From Moniliella sp. 'wahieum' (Eukaryota), in assembly GCA_003971905.1 (NCBI GenBank), contig RSEE01000047.1, positions 62,001 to 126,000 of the forward strand: DNA of 64,000 nucleotides, read 5' to 3'. The position numbers were made by a program, and so were the translations under genes. Positions within the stretch are counted from its first letter, which is position 1. The number at the start of each line of letters is the position of its first letter. The notes beneath the pieces were generated by a model. The model did not search any database and was not told the DNA's origin. It saw only the letters and a program-made list of their open reading frames with translations. Below are positions 38,290 to 51,047 of this stretch, in pieces.

Positions 38290-40193
38290 ATGTCCCATTT
38301 CGTCAGGGACTTCGTGGACGGCTTCAAGCCGGCCCAGGTTGCGCCGGGCCCTAGCGAGATCCCCGCCGGCCCCGGCTACGACGCCGATATCACCACCAAT
38401 GTTTATCCCGACGACAAGGGCTCCATGGAAAGGGGCAGGATGTCGAGGGCGCCTCCATTACCCTCGAGCACACCGAGGGCGGCGCTGCTCCTGAGACGCT
38501 CAAGCGCCATCTCACTCAGCGTCACATGCAGATGATTGCTTTCGGCGGCAGGTTCGTTCCTTTCCCCTTCATATCGCAATCTTGATGTCGGCCCAAGATG
38601 TGCTAACCCTTCCCTGACGCAGTATCGGAACTGGTCTCTTCATCGGTTCTGGTGGTGTGTACAACACGGGTGGTCCAGGTTTCTTGATGCTGGACTACCT
38701 TTTGATCGGCACCATGCTTCTCTGTGTGGTTATGGATCTTGGTGAAATGGGTTCGCTCTTCCCCATCTCTGGTTCGTTTGCTACCTACTCGACTCGGTTT
38801 GTCAGCCCCGCCTGGGGTTTCGCCATGGGCTGGAACTACTGGATGCAATGGTTTATCGTCTTGCCTTTGGAACTCACTGCTGCCTCGATTGTGATCAAAT
38901 ACTGGGACCCTAATGAGCACATCTCTCCTGGTGTCTGGCTTATCATCTTCCTTGTCGTCATTGGTGGCATCAACCTCTTTGGTGTCCGTGGCTACGGTGA
39001 ATTTGAGAGCTTTGCTGCTATGATCAAGATCATTGCTGTTATTGGCTTTATCAGTGCGTATTTCATTTCAACTTGCACCGTACAGATTCTGATTGACTAA
39101 CCTTTCCTGCATCCTCAGTCTGTGGCAGTGTTATTTCTGCTGGTGGTGCCCCCTCCCATGAGCACATTGGCAATAAGTACTGGAATCCTGCTTCCGATGC
39201 TTTCCGCAATGGCTTCCAAGGCTTTTGCTCTGTATTCGTCAGTGCCGCCTTTGCCTTTGCCGGTACTGAGCTGATTGGTCTCGCCGCTGCCGAGTCGCAC
39301 AACCCTCGCAAGGACATGCCCAAGGCTGCCAAGCAGATCTTTGCCCGTATCATCATTTTCTACGTGGTCTCTCTTTTGGTTGTGACACTCATTGTCGACC
39401 CCACGAACCCGCGTCTGACTGGAGGTACCTCCTCCTACGATGCTCGCGCCAGTCCGTTCGTCATTGCCATCGAGATTGGCAAGATTAAGGCCCTGCCTTC
39501 CATCTTCAATGCTGTTATTCTCATTTCCGTCCTGTCGGTGGGCAACTCGGCCGTGTACGGTGCCTCGCGCACCCTTACCGCGTTGGCGCAGCAGGGTCAG
39601 GCCCCGGCCATCTTCAAGTTCGTTGACCGTCAAGGTCGTCCTATGCCTGCTGTGGTCCTCAGTTTGGCCATGGGCTTCCTTTCGTTCCTGATTTACTCTG
39701 CGTCGAGCACGGACGTGTTCAACTGGCTGCTTGCCCTCAGTGGTCTCTCGACCATCTTCTCTTGGGGCTCGGTTACCCTGTGCCACGTTCGCTTCCGCAT
39801 GGCATGGAAGAAGGCCGGTTACACTCTTGAGGAGCTTCCGTGGAAGTCGCCGACGGGCATGATTGGCTCCATCTGGGGCACCTTCTTCTGCTGCCTGGTG
39901 GTGGTGCTGCAGTTCATCATTGCCTGCTGGCCCATTGGTGCATCGTCCATGTCGGGTTCGGGCCGTGCGGTCACCTTCTTCCAGGCTTGCCTTGCCATCC
40001 CCGTTGTCTTGGTCTTCTTCTTGCCGGGCTCTTCTTGCCCAAGAAGGGCAACCGGTCCAACCTCTGGGTTCGCCTTGAGGACATTGACTTGACCACGGGC
40101 CGTCGCATGATTCCCCTCGATGTGCTCCGACAAGAGCGCGAGGAGGCGTCGCACCGTTCCTTTGCTCGCAAGCTCCTTGAAATCTTTGTCTGA
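38290..40193 (+). CDS. Amino acid permease (YAT/Gap1-like, APC superfamily)
   Basis: 'LKRHLTQRHMQMIAFGG|SIGTGLFIGSG', 'GSFATYSTRFVSPAWGFAMGWNY', 'AAFAFAGTELIG', 'SPFVIAI', 'VDRQGRP', 'EDIDLTTGRR'. Introns about 38551-38622 and 39055-39118. Confidence 0.95.
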
Positions 40194-41743
40194 GCTCATA
40201 TCCCTGTTAGAGCGCCCTTCCCCCTTCCCACACTTACTTACGTATATCCCGTTATCAGGCCGATTGACATCGTCACGGGTTGAATGTACATTCCCATGAT
40301 CATATCTCCTTGCTCCCATCGCTTACGCCGCACATTGTGGAAGATTTTATATGGTGTTTTCGATAGTTGTCCATCCCATCTCGGTTGGGGCCTGAGGGGC
40401 CGGAGGCATCTTTTTCGGTCCATCAGGTTTCATCGACGCTCCTATGTCTGTTTTCAATGTCACTCCTGATTAATGATTAGCTTTCGCTTGTACCTCAACA
40501 CAGGCACTTGATAACTGCAGCAGCTTGGGATCAAAGTTATTCTGATAATGATCCTGCGGATCCACCTGGTTCCTTAACATGGTGGCACTACCAAGTAGCG
40601 CAACACGCAAGATGAACAGATCGGTTTAACCGTAGCGTTTCCCTGTCCCAGCCTTAAGCTCTGTCAATGGTATGGATGCACTATGAGACGCTCGCAGACA
40701 CTGCTAATAAGAAACGTCGAAGCGAATGTTTTCAGTGGGCGAAAATGCGTGCGTTTTTCTTTTGTTTCGGGCGTGTAATAGCGGTGGGCTGGTTGGTTGT
40801 CGAAGAACGATGTTGTTTATGTGGATGACTAGTTGGATGCTGACGCGCTGACGTTGATGGACGACAACATTGAACGCTCTGAGCAGCTCCTCTCCTCACA
40901 CATCTCACATCTGCGTGGATCTATCTCCAGTGTGCATGATCTCTTCAGGATTCTTCAGGTCATCTTCAACGTATCAACTCTCATGACGCATGATGCAGTA
41001 ACATGCTTTTATCTCATGGAGGGTGGAGTGGCTTTCCCGCCGTTACTTGTTACCGGTTACCAGTTGCTGTTGACCTCTGGTCATTTATGGCCAAGGTCAC
41101 TTCCGAGTGACATCATGTGTGATGCGCGTGTGATGTTTTCTGACGTGGCGTTTCCGACTCCATGATGACTTGGATTCGCCATCGCCTTAGCAATTTGATC
41201 TCCATCGACCACCATTCCCATTTGCTGCTCTTTGAGCTCTTCCTAGGCGTTAATAGTTGCGGGTTACTAGCTGCGATAAGGCCAATCTCCTCAGATCTCG
41301 GTCTTGGGTCCTGCACCATCGATAATCGATAAGGCCCTAAGGCCTAAGGGCAGCTTTCTAGCTACGCGTCCGGCCGACTTTCATTACTTCGCCGCGCGCC
41401 AACATGCGCGCGGCCAATATTAAACGTTCAAAAAGGTGTTGATCTGGCGGGCTGCGCACAGGAGCAGTCTGCTCAAGGTGGCGTGGTTCTTTCGGCGGGG
41501 CCCTGGGGCCTAATAAGCGCCTCTGTTAGGGTTTGTTTGCCTCCACCGCCGCCATCGCCTCCTGGCTCCTGGCTCCCCCACAGGCCACCCGACCTCGACC
41601 CCGACCCCGATCCCAACTCCGGCTTCCATCTTTTCAGCGCCACCGCAACCACCCACATAATTGTGCACATCGCCCTTCTCAACGCGCCCGCACGTCGCAC
41701 TTTTTCGTTTTCGTCCGCGCTTTCCGTTTTGCCCCTTTCGTTC

Positions 41744-42527
41744 ATGTCGACTTCGTCCACACCAGTTGCGTCTGCATCTGCGTCTGCGCCCGAAGAGGGT
41801 GAGCGCCAAGCGTACGTTGGTGCCCCATTCTTCCTTTGCAAATTGAGCCGGGACCAGCTTCTCTCGCTGACCCGCCTTCTGTTTATTCCAGTGTTATCCT
41901 CAAAGTTGGCATTGTGGGGGATGCCCAGATTGGCAAGACATCGCTGATGGTTCGGTACATTCACAATCAGTTTGATGAAGAGTACATTCAAACGCTGGGG
42001 GTTCACTTTATGGAGCGTACCATCCGCATCCGCCAGACGCCGATTACGTTTAGTCTGTGGGACTTGGGAGGCGCGCGCGAGTTTGTTAACATGCTCCCAT
42101 GGTCTGCAACAGCGCGGTTGCCATCCTGTACATGTTTGACCTCACTCGCCGTCCGACGCTGGACAGCGTTCGGGGGTGGTACCGCCAAGTGAAAGGGTTC
42201 AACCGGCGTGCGATCCCGATCTTGGTGGGCACCAAGTACGATCTGTTCAACGAGTTGCCCCTGGTTGAACGGGAGGACAACATCCGTGCCGCGCGGCGGT
42301 ACGCTCGAGCAATGCGCGCTCCCCTCATCTTCTCCTCCAGTACTGAGGCCACCAACGTCCAAAATATTTTCAAAATCATCCTGGCCCGCGCGTTTGGCTT
42401 GCGTCTCACCATCCCCGAGGTTACCGATCACAACCGACCCCTGCTCATCTACGAAGAGGAGCACCTTCGTATGACGGAGGAACAAAGCGCCGAGGGGGTG
42501 CGCGCCGTCACGGGCGCAGCAGTGTGA
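41744..42527 (+). CDS. TEM1: Tem1/Spg1 small GTPase (mitotic exit / septation initiation network)
   Basis: '[20 protein letters not shown]...[15 protein letters not shown]...FSLWDLGG', 'MFDLTR', '[12 protein letters not shown]', '[14 protein letters not shown]'. Intron 41812-41891. Confidence 0.9.
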
Positions 42528-42725
42528 GTGTAGAATTGGTTAAAGTTATCCTCACCTGCTGCCGCTGCATACCACTTTGTCGTTCTACTTCTCACTCTAC
42601 CGTTCCTCTTTTCCCTTTCCTCTCTCTCCTGTGGCTCTTCCTCTCTCCTGTGACCCTTGCGTGGCCCTTCCTCTCTTTCCTGTGGCTCGCACAGTATACC
42701 ATCTTGTACTCTAGAATCCGTATTC

Positions 42726-43482
42726 TCAAGACGACTTCTTGACGAAGTTGGACTCGCGAATTGCCGCGCGGGCTTTTTGATCGAGCTTGGCCTTGGTGTC
42801 TTGAAGGGCACGCAGGCGGGGAGTGATACCAGTGCGAAGATAGTACTCGTGGTCCTCTTCTCCTTCTTCTCCTTCTCAAGTGCTGCACGGCGCTTGGCTT
42901 CCTCGGGGTCCTCAGCCTCAATCTTCTCACCCCGCGCAATTCGTTCGGCCAGGATGGCTTCCTTGCGCAACCGTTCCTTCTCGGCCAACCGCATCTGGCG
43001 ACGACGCTCACGGACCAACCGCTTTTCTGCAGTACGCGCTTGACCTTTGGTCATACCCGTCGTGTCAAGTGCCAGGCACCCAAACCACCGGGACCCGTGT
43101 TCACCTCCTCCTCCACACCACGCCGCGTGTTGACTCCCACACCCAGGGAGGATACCACGAGTCGGGCTTGGCTACCGGGTCGGGCTTGTCCTTAAAGATG
43201 GACAGACCCGCCAGCACAGTCCCAGCTGGCGTAGCCGACCTTGATCCTGACGGAAAGAAATGAATAGGTTAGTTTCGGAGGGGCCAACAGCTACTGTTGA
43301 TTGAAATGAATCCCACCAACCTTCTTCAGCGGCAGCCTCGGTGTGGAAGGAGCAGCATCCGCGTCTTGGTCGGCCGCAGACGAGGCACGAGTACGGCTGG
43401 TTGTGGAGAAGAAGCGTGGCGAAAGTGCCAGGGACGTCCTGCGCACGCTGGCGCCCAGCCCAAACACACGCAGCGCCGACAT
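42726..43482 (-). CDS. MRPL37: Mitochondrial ribosomal protein mL54 (MRPL37 family)
   Basis: Presequence 'MSALRVF...RFFSTT'. Intron about 43247-43320. 'SATPAGTVLAGLSIFKDKPDPVAKPDSWYPPWVW' and C-terminal 'KARAAIRESNFVK'. Confidence 0.8.
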
Positions 43483-44019
43483 GCTGAAGCTGCTGTCGTC
43501 GTCGTGTTGGGGTGGCAGCGGTGGGGGCGGCTTGTTATGTCAAAACGGGTGGATCTTCCTGCAGCTTCCGCTCAGTCGGGCGGAATTGCGTGTTCAAGTT
43601 ATTATTTTTGGGCTGGGATGCGGCGCACCTTGCCATTAGCGAGCATGAACGACTCCCAGCTGCTCTCCCCCATGTACCACTACTGCTCCAATACGACTAC
43701 TACCGCTGGTTCAAGCAATCTTGCTGCTTGGTTAAACATGCTTATACTGTTCTGCCATCCAATCTACAAGTCAGGGCCAAGACATTGGTAAAAAAAGCTG
43801 TTTTCGAATGGATGCAAGCTACTAGAGATTTGTGAGTGTTTGAAGTGGCAGTAGTAGATGAAACAGGAGCGGACGGAATCACGAGCGTCGAGGGCGCTTG
43901 GCCTTGCGCTCATCGCCAACAGAGGGAAGTCTTTGGAGAGGAGTGCTTCTTGTGATGCCTGTGCCCCTTGGCAGGCTTAGAAGAGGTATGGGATGGTTCG
44001 GTCGGCGCGGACGGAGTGT

Positions 44020-46852
44020 TTAGTCCAGTGGCTCGATGGGGTTGGGGCGGTTGTAAAAATCCTCATCATCATCATCGTCATCGTCAACGTCAGACGGGTC
44101 CAAATCCTGGAATTGTTCCGGAATTGGATGGTTGGCCTGGATCTCAAGGTGGTTTTCTGGGCCGTTGAACGTAACGTGGATTTTCTCGCCATCCTGCACT
44201 TGACCGCGCAGAATGTAGACCGACAATGGGTTCAACAGCTCTCTCTGGATCGCCCGGGCCAGAGGACGAGCGCCCAAAGTGGGGCTGTAGCCGACACTGG
44301 CAGGTAGTCTTTGGCACCATTGTCCAGCTCAATCTTCATCCGCTTGCCCGAAGCATTGAGACGCGCTGCTGCACTTCCCGCACCCGGTTGTCGACAATTT
44401 CACGAATGTTGCTCCGGCTGAGCTTGCAGAAAATGACAATCGAGTCCACACGGTTGCGGAATTCGGGTGGGAGATGGGCAGCAATGGCGCCATGACCAAG
44501 TCGGTAGTGTGTTGGCTGATGGGGCCGCCATCGGTATCCGACTCCATCAAATATTGGGCTCCCAAGTTCGAGGTCATGATGATGATCGTGTTCTTGAACG
44601 AGACAACGCGGCCTTGGCCATCGGTGGCACGGCCGTCGTCCAGGATAGCAAGGAAGAGCGTGGAGGAACTCCCGTGCCGCCTTTTCAATCTCATCAATCA
44701 AAATCACCGAGTATGGCCGGCGACGAACCCACTCAGTCAACTGACCACCTTGGTCGTGGCCAACGTACCCCGGTGGCGCACCAATCAGGCGAGATATGGA
44801 GTGCTTCTCGCTGTACTCGGATGCATCAATGCGCATCATCGCGTTTTCATCGTCAAACAGCTGCTTGGAGAGCGACTTGGACAACAGGGTTTACCTGTAC
44901 CCGAAGGCCCGCAGAACAGGAACGAGGCAATGGGGTCGGTGGGGTTGGCAAGACCACTGCGCGAAAGACGAATGGCGCTGGGCGACAGCTTGACTTGCTG
45001 CCTCGGGCTGACCCACAACGTCACGGGCGAGATACTTCTCCAAGGTCAAGAGCTTCTTCTTCTCGCTCTCCATCATCCGGCTCGCTGGTACACCAGTCCA
45101 GCGCGAGACAATTGTAGCGATAGCCTCGGGCGTGACTGAGTTCTTGCCGGAGTTGACGTCTTTGCTCCTCACGCTTGCGCTCCTCCTCCTGCAGTCGCTT
45201 GACTTTGTTCTCCAACTCGGGAATCGCATAGTAGCGCAGATCAGCCGCCGTTTGCACATCGTACCGACGCTCGGCATCAGCCGCCTTCGCTTGCAGCTCG
45301 TCGATGAGACGCCGCGTCGCATTCAGCTCATCGCCCTCTCCTTCTCGGCCTCATGAGCAGCAATCTTGGGGCCCAAACTCGTCGAGCTGGGCAAGCTCCT
45401 TCTTGGTGTTCGCCAGGGCCTCTTTGCTGTGGCCGGGTCCTTCTCGCGCTCGAGCGCGTGGATGGCCACCTCGAGTTGCAGCTTCTTGCGCTGCAACTTG
45501 TCGATGTCTTCCGGAACTGTGTCGCGCTGAACCCGCACGTCCGCACTGGCCTCATCGACCAAGTCAATCGCACTGTCGGGCATGCGGCGGTTGGTAAGGT
45601 AGCGCTTGGCTAGAGTGGCGGCAGCAACAAGCGCCGAGTCGAGGATGCGAACACCGTGGTGAACCTCGTACTTGTCCCGGATGCCACGAAGGATGGCAAT
45701 CGTCGCTTCCACATCCGGCTCCTCCACCAAAACAGTCTGGAAAACGACGCTCAAAAGCAGCGTCCTTCTCAATGTACTGGCGGTACTCGGCCAGCGTCGT
45801 GGCGCCAATGCAGCGCAGTTTGCCACGAGCCAGCATAGGCTTGAGCAGGTTGGCGGCATCCATGCCGCCGCTGCCGCCTCGGCCATGATGAGGTGAATCT
45901 CGTCAATGAACAAGACCACATTCGTCCCATCTTCTTGCATTTTTTCGATTTCCTCGAGAACCGCCTTGACTCGCTCCTCGTACTCGCCGCGCGGTATTTG
46001 GCTCCGGCCATGAGAGCGCCCATGTCGAGCGACAACAGTCGCCCAATCAAGTGGGAGGCACGTCCCGGTTGACAATCCGGTTGGCCAAACCCTCGACAAC
46101 AGCGGTCTTGCCTACACCGGGCTCACCAAGTAGCAGCATTGTTCTTGGTACGACGGGAGAGAACACGAATGATGCGGCGGATTCAGCGTCGCGTCCTGGG
46201 AGATAGCAACAGTCAGTACAAGCAGTCATGGGATGGTAGGAGAGATGAGTTACGCACCAATACTGGGTCATCTTGCCCTCGGCAGCGGAGGGCAGTGAGA
46301 TCGGTGGTATACTTGTTAAGGGCGTCAAAGCCAGCCTCGGCATTCTTAGAATCGATGCGGCGTGCGCCACGTGCTTGGGTTAGGGCGGTCTGAGGACCTC
46401 GACATTGGTCGGCCGTTTGCCTTGAGAATGTCGACAAAACTTGCTGTCGTGGTCAAGAAGGGAGAGGATAAGGTGGTTTGGGCGATAAAGCTGTCGTGTT
46501 GGGAGGTGCGGAGTTTGTCGGCAGCCTTGAGGGACTTGAGCAAGGGGCTGCTCATGCTCACCTCGTCAGGAGGGGGATTTGCTGGGGGATTTTGCGGATA
46601 GCAGAGCGCAGTTCCTCCTCCACGCGCTGCGTGTTGACCCCGACTTGGCGAGGACAGCATGGAGAAGGGACTCGTTGGCGGGGCATCCTTGCCGCTTGAT
46701 GGCCCTTGAGAAGTTTGAGTGCGGTCGGTGAGCAGGGCAAGTTCGAGGTGGGCAGGGGCGACGAGGGCATGGGCACTGTCCTTGGCAAGCTGGAGCGACT
46801 GGGCCAGGACGCCGTTGGCACGGTCGGTGAACTGGAAGCCGTCGTTGGACAT
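44020..46852 (-). CDS. HSP104: Hsp104 (ClpB family) AAA+ disaggregase
   Basis: 'FTDRA', Walker A motifs '[10 protein letters not shown]' and 'FCGPSGTGK', 'LFIDEIHL', '[13 protein letters not shown]', '[25 protein letters not shown]', '[10 protein letters not shown]', acidic tail ending IEPLD*. Intron about 46195-46254. Confidence 0.97.
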
Positions 46853-47100
46853 GGTGGGGATGGATGGGGGCGGAAGGGATGGGTGGGTGATTAGGAGAGA
46901 GTGCCTGTTGGCAACTGAGGGGAGATGAGATGCTAGGCTGTGGGTACGCTGCTTTTAAACGGGGCTGCGCGTTGGCAATGACATGTGGCATGCGACATGT
47001 GATGGGTGTGGCCCGTGCTCTGTGTCTGACGCACGGCGTACACCACTGGGCCAGTGAGGAGGCGAGCGCGGCGGGCCAGGTGTGTGCTGAAGCGGGTCGG

Positions 47101-47164
47101 TTCGAGGTGCTTCGGGATGCTTCGTGCTGCTTCGTGCGGCTTCGTGCTGCTTCTGCTTGTTTCC
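47101..47164. promoter_or_regulatory. Step-type heat shock element array upstream of HSP104
   Basis: TTC at 47101, 47111, 47121, 47131, 47141, 47151 and 47161 (exact 10-bp spacing), 250-310 bp upstream of the ATG. TTTAAA at about 46954. Confidence 0.7.
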
Positions 47165-47691
47165 CATGCTGGCTCGGCTATTCAAGCCCAATCCACCAGC
47201 ATCGACCCTCTCTCCGACCTCCTCTGAGATGTTCTCCCCAGGTCGAACCATTTCCTAGCGCCTCAGCCCATCAGCTCCGTACCTCGTTTGACCAGACACG
47301 CGGCTTGAGCGCGTCAGCGAGCGGTGATCACAGAGCGCTGAGGCTCAGCTTTGAGGATCAGATGACCTCTTGGCGCAATGCAGAGTTCAGTCGTCACGCG
47401 TCACGCGTCACTAGTTCGCATGCCTTCCCCGCACTCCCTATCTGGGCATCTGACTGCCCCTTGTAGGACCCAACGCAATTGGCGTCAGCAGACTGTCTCT
47501 CCCGGGACAAGTATTGACATGCAGAATGACATTTCCTCACCCTCCCTCTATCACTCCGGACAACCATCTCCTCACATTGGCGACTTGAAGCTAAAGCTTC
47601 ACGGGCCACCTATGGTCAGTGAATGTAGGGTAGTGGTGGCAGACCCCAGATGCAAGCTCCTCGGGTTCCTCTGCCACAGCACAGCACTTCT

Positions 47692-49392
47692 TCATACCGT
47701 CCCCACCTCTCATCTTACCGACTCAAAAAAGACCATTCTCACACTCCGTCCCTCCCTCAACATGCCAAAATCAAATGGCGAGTGGGCGCAAACGATAGGC
47801 ATCGCATCCAGGAGTTTTGTTTTTACTTGCCAGCTCATTTGCACTTGTCGAAGAAAAGTTCAGGATCCCGCCCTCATCCAGCTTCTGTACCGTTTCTTCC
47901 GCCTGCGCGAGCGGCATGCGGCCAAGGCAGGCATAACCTTGTCCAGCTCCTCCGTTTGAGCGCTTCTTGAAAGTCAGGTGGGAAGGAAGAGAAGATGTCC
48001 CACTGCCGCTGCAGCATTTCCCGTACCATCTCGGGCGTGACCCCCTCGAAGCCTTCACTGGCCAGCTCCAACTTCTCGGGTGGTGGCCCTCGGGGATGTT
48101 AAAGCCAATCTTGACATTCGGGTCTCGGCGACCAACTGGATTTGCTCCTCGCCTTCCTCGCCTCTTCCTCGGCCGCCTCGGCCGCCAGCTTAGCTGCACT
48201 CCCGCGAATGCGAACGTACGTGTTCAGCACATCGTTCAAGAAAAAGACGGCAGCCGATGACCAGTCTGGGTCATGCGCTGGAAAAAGAGACGGACACCGT
48301 CGGGCCAAGCTTGGCGCAGAACTGCAGGAGCACTGCTTTTTCCACCACCTTGCGTGCTTGGGATCCTTGCCCTGCTGTTGAGTTTGCAACGCGTCAGCAA
48401 CAGACTATCCACCGCACGGGACAATTGACTCTTGACCAGCGCGAGGGTGGGCCTTGAGGAAAAGTCATAGGCCTTATCAAACGCATCCATCTTGATCGTT
48501 TTGAGGGGAGAAGTTGGCTGGCAGCACGGACGTCTCCAGGGGCAGACTGGGGGGGATGGACGAAGGCAGCTGTGTGAACTCGATCATCTCGGGCGTCGCG
48601 GAATGAATCGCCTCTTCCTCTTCCTCCTCCTTCCCCGCACTGGAGCTCACGCCTGCAGTCTCAGTTTGTACACCGGGCGAGTTGAGCGTCTCGATTGTTG
48701 TTGTTGTTGCGGGCGCCTTGGACTTCAGCGCAGCCTTGGCGGCTTGAGCATCTGCCTCTTCCTTCTCCTTGGAAACAAACTACGAGAACATGGGGTCAGC
48801 AGGGTCATCGAAAGAATAATCAGAAAGTACATACGCCCGTATTGAACGCATCGTGAATGTTTTCACTTGTGATCTTCTTCTTGTCCTCCTCGTCCATTTC
48901 AGCGATCTCAGCAAGGACCTCTTGGTCGCGCTGCTCGAGGCGATCGCGGTGGTAGGTGAGGCTTGAAACAAGGGCCTCGTCCAGTTCAGCACCCTGCTTG
49001 CCCTTGACCGAGTCGGCCGTTTGAATCTGGAGCAGGAGGGAGAGGATCATATCATCGTTGGTTGGGTTATTGTTGTCCACCTCACCCTTCGCTGCGCGCG
49101 CGTCGCGCTCGGCGGAAAGCTGGGCAACACGACGGGCAAAGAATTTGTGGCCCATGTCAGCGTCGGTGGATGCGGTCTTGCTCTTGAGGTCATCAAGTAC
49201 AGGCAGCAGTTCCTGCGACATGAGATGCTCGGCCTGCAGCGCATCGTGCGTGGCCTTGCGCGCGGCGCGCTTCTCGTGAATGTCGCGCTGCTTCCACCGA
49301 ATGAAGGAGCGCTTGTCGACGTTGGGGTGGACCTCCACGTCGCTATCGTCGGAAAGTTCGAGGTTGTCCCACTTGGAGTAGTTGAGCGGCAT
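47692..49392 (-). CDS. CDC37: Hsp90 co-chaperone Cdc37; 3' end approximate
   Basis: 'MPLNYSKWDNLELSDDSDVEVHPNVDKRSFIRWKQRDIHEKR', 'KKKITSENIHDAF', 'FFLNDVLNTYVRI', 'FSSFPPDFQEALK', 'LDEGGILNF'. Intron about 48769-48834. Confidence 0.95.
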
Positions 49393-49612
49393 GGCAGCAG
49401 ATGGTGGAGCACTGTGGCAATCTCGCGCTCGCTGCCCCACTCGTGCGTTGCCCGTGAGCGCCCCAAACGGCTGTCTCGACAGGGCTTCCGCCGTGTTCGG
49501 GGTGGATTAGGTAATTTACTCCACCGGCCATGAGCGAAATCTGCGACATTTTGTTCCGATCGCCGGGACATGTCGAGGTGGAAGATCGATGATCGCGGCG
49601 GATCGGTGATCC

Positions 49613-51047
49613 ATGCCGGGCTGCTGCGATGACGTCAGGCACAGGCAGCGCCGTATGCCATGGTATTCGGTGTGCGCGCGCAAGCAGCTCCTGAGCGCCG
49701 CGGATCAACGTTGCGATCAACCCAGCTGCTCCGTCCCAGTCCCGCCGCGGCCGATCCCGCCGCGCGCTCGTCGCCCGTCCATCTCCTTCTACCATCCCCT
49801 CGACGCTGAGCCCACCCGCTGGTCGGCCGCCATGCCGTCCCACTCGACCACCTCCGAAGCGCTTATGCCCCCTTGTCCAAGTCCTCGTCCTCACGCCCAT
49901 GTCGGTGCTGAGCACACAGTGGTGGCGGTGCTGTGCGGCGGCTGCTGGTGCGCCCTAGCGCCGATGTGCGTCTGGCCCGCCATTGGACCTATCTATCCCC
50001 CTCCGAGTCGGGCATCATCGGGCTTGGCATCAGCCTGCTGACCACTGCGCTCTTTTTCAGCCTGTTTGCCTTGGCCACCGCCGGCTCCGTCCGCTCTGGT
50101 CGGGGCGCGAGGAGGTGGCGCGTGCGATTGGGCTGATGCCCGCGTTGGGCTACGCGTCCGTTGGTGCTGCCTCCCTTTCCTGGTCGTTGGGCGTGGCAGG
50201 GACGAACCATGCAAGCCAAGGCGTGCTCGGATTTGCTGCAATCGTGTCGTGGGTATCGGCTGTATTGCTGCTGTTGGGCGTGGTGCGCACGTACTTTATC
50301 CATGCCCACTCGGGCACGGGCGGCATAACGCATGCCCCGCTCCGGCCCTTTTTTGCTGCTCACCCGGTGGAATGGGCATGTGTGCACCTTCCCTTGCGTG
50401 TACTGCTCGCTGTGCATGCCCATGCGTTGGCCCCAGCGCTGACGCTCATTGCCACGGGGCACGACGCCTTATCGGGCAACAAGGCGCTGGTGGAAGCTGG
50501 GACGAACCTGGCCAACGCGTTGGCGCTCGGACCAGCCATCGTCGCTGGCATCTGGGTGTTCGCAACGCAAGATGTTGCCTATGCTACGACGGCCACCACG
50601 ATCTACATCAACATCCTCAAGTCGCACTACGACCGGACAAGGCCCGTTCCATCAATGGCCGCCCCATCCCACCTTTTGATCCGGGCTACCCGCCCCCCAT
50701 GGGGTACAAGACGTGCGACGCGCTCCACTCGAGGCCGAACGTCCGCCCAGCGTTGCATTTGCTCTGATTGGTGCTATCATCATCATCCTCACCTGCATTG
50801 CAGGCAGCTTTGTTGGGGCGACCTTGTTCGCGGCGCGTGTGGCCCCACGCGCGGCGCTGCGCCTCCTCCATCTGCCCCTCCGGGCTCCCATGTCCACACC
50901 GTTATCCACTCCGGTGATGCCGACGCCTGCGTCGACGATCCAGAGCGGCAGCCTTTGCTCCCCGACACTACCCCGTCGCCGCCTGACCACGGCGCGGTGG
51001 AGGAGGCAGGACCCAAGTCGAAGGCCACTCCGCCACCTGCGGCCTAG
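49613..51047 (+). CDS. Hypothetical multi-pass membrane protein; start uncertain
   Basis: Several hydrophobic segments across frames ('GIIGLGISLLTTALFFSLFALA', 'VLGFAAIVSWVSAVLLLLGVV', 'FALIGAIIIILTCIAGSFVG') and a C-terminal 'ERQPLLP' dileucine-like motif. Family not recognised. Confidence 0.6.

Noticed and set aside
38228..38494. Upstream out-of-frame ATG as a regulatory uORF of the permease
   Set aside because: The ATG lies only about 13 bp after the TATA box, probably upstream of the transcription start.
40821..40883. Possible box C/D snoRNA (GGATGA ... CTGA ... CTGA)
   Set aside because: The C box is imperfect, there is no terminal stem, and I could not identify a convincing rRNA-complementary guide of 10 nt or more.
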